Shown here one piece after another: positions 63,556-64,000 of a stretch of DNA of 64,000 bases (within the stretch, counting starts at the first letter, position 1; each line of letters begins with the position of its first letter). This DNA is from Chiloscyllium plagiosum (taxonomy: Eukaryota), in contig NC_057719.1 in assembly GCF_004010195.1 (NCBI RefSeq), positions 32,556,537 through 32,620,536 on the forward strand, in the 5' to 3' direction. The notes beneath the pieces were generated by a model that had not been told where the DNA came from, searched no databases, and was given only the letters and a program-made list of their open reading frames with translations. A program made the translations under genes and the position numbers.

Positions 63556-64000
63556 CTAGGATTTCCCAGGGTTTATTTCAGTGAGGAAGGGCAGCCAACA
63601 AATGGGGAAAATTATTATTTTAACAGGTTGATCTTATTTCAAATGCAGGTGCCAGAGATGAAAGGGCAGCGTTTGCATTTGGCAGACCTGAAAATTATCA
63701 GAAAGTTTGCTTCCAATGAATTTTCTTTGGGCCAGAAAAATAATAGTGGGAATGACAATAGGTTATGGTTTTTGTTCATGTTATATTGCTTTCATTTTTT
63801 GTCACAATACCTTTTACAACCTCGTCACAACAAATATTTAGTCCTCCAGGACTTTCATCAATCATAAATTCTAACAGTTTCTTTCCTCACTGGACCCTGT
63901 CATATTTTCGAGATGCTCTGATAGCTTTCTGAGAGACAGAGGCTTTGTCAGGTTTCCAAACCTCTTGTGGCATCTATCATTGGTGACAGACTTCATATGC

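Overview
Repeat-dense eukaryotic DNA, almost certainly from a shark or other elasmobranch. This is inferred from about 10 copies of the HE1 tRNA-derived SINE, HER1/CR1 LINEs and an elasmobranch-type 5S rRNA copy. I recognise no host protein-coding gene, so the window reads as a large intron or gene desert. Nearly all listed ORFs are retroelement fragments or chance frames. Content: many 5'-truncated CR1 LINEs; Tx1, RTE, Rex/Babar and CR1/L2-like LINE fragments; degraded Gypsy, ERV-like and Harbinger remnants; a 5S+tRNA chimeric SINE-like insertion; a 23-bp minisatellite; and many Penelope-like element (PLE) insertions. The most striking pattern is eight fold-back (hairpin) PLE insertions from at least three sequence families. 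Most are bounded by 10-16 bp target-site duplications (TSDs), all have a 34-45 nt single-sided overhang, and several carry intact minimal hammerhead ribozyme cores. Also notable are two cases of nearby unique host DNA copied into a retroelement, a nested Gypsy > CR1 > (ERV-like + SINE) stack, and a LINE-to-SINE deletion series. All family assignments come from motif recognition by eye, not database searches, and boundaries of old elements are approximate.
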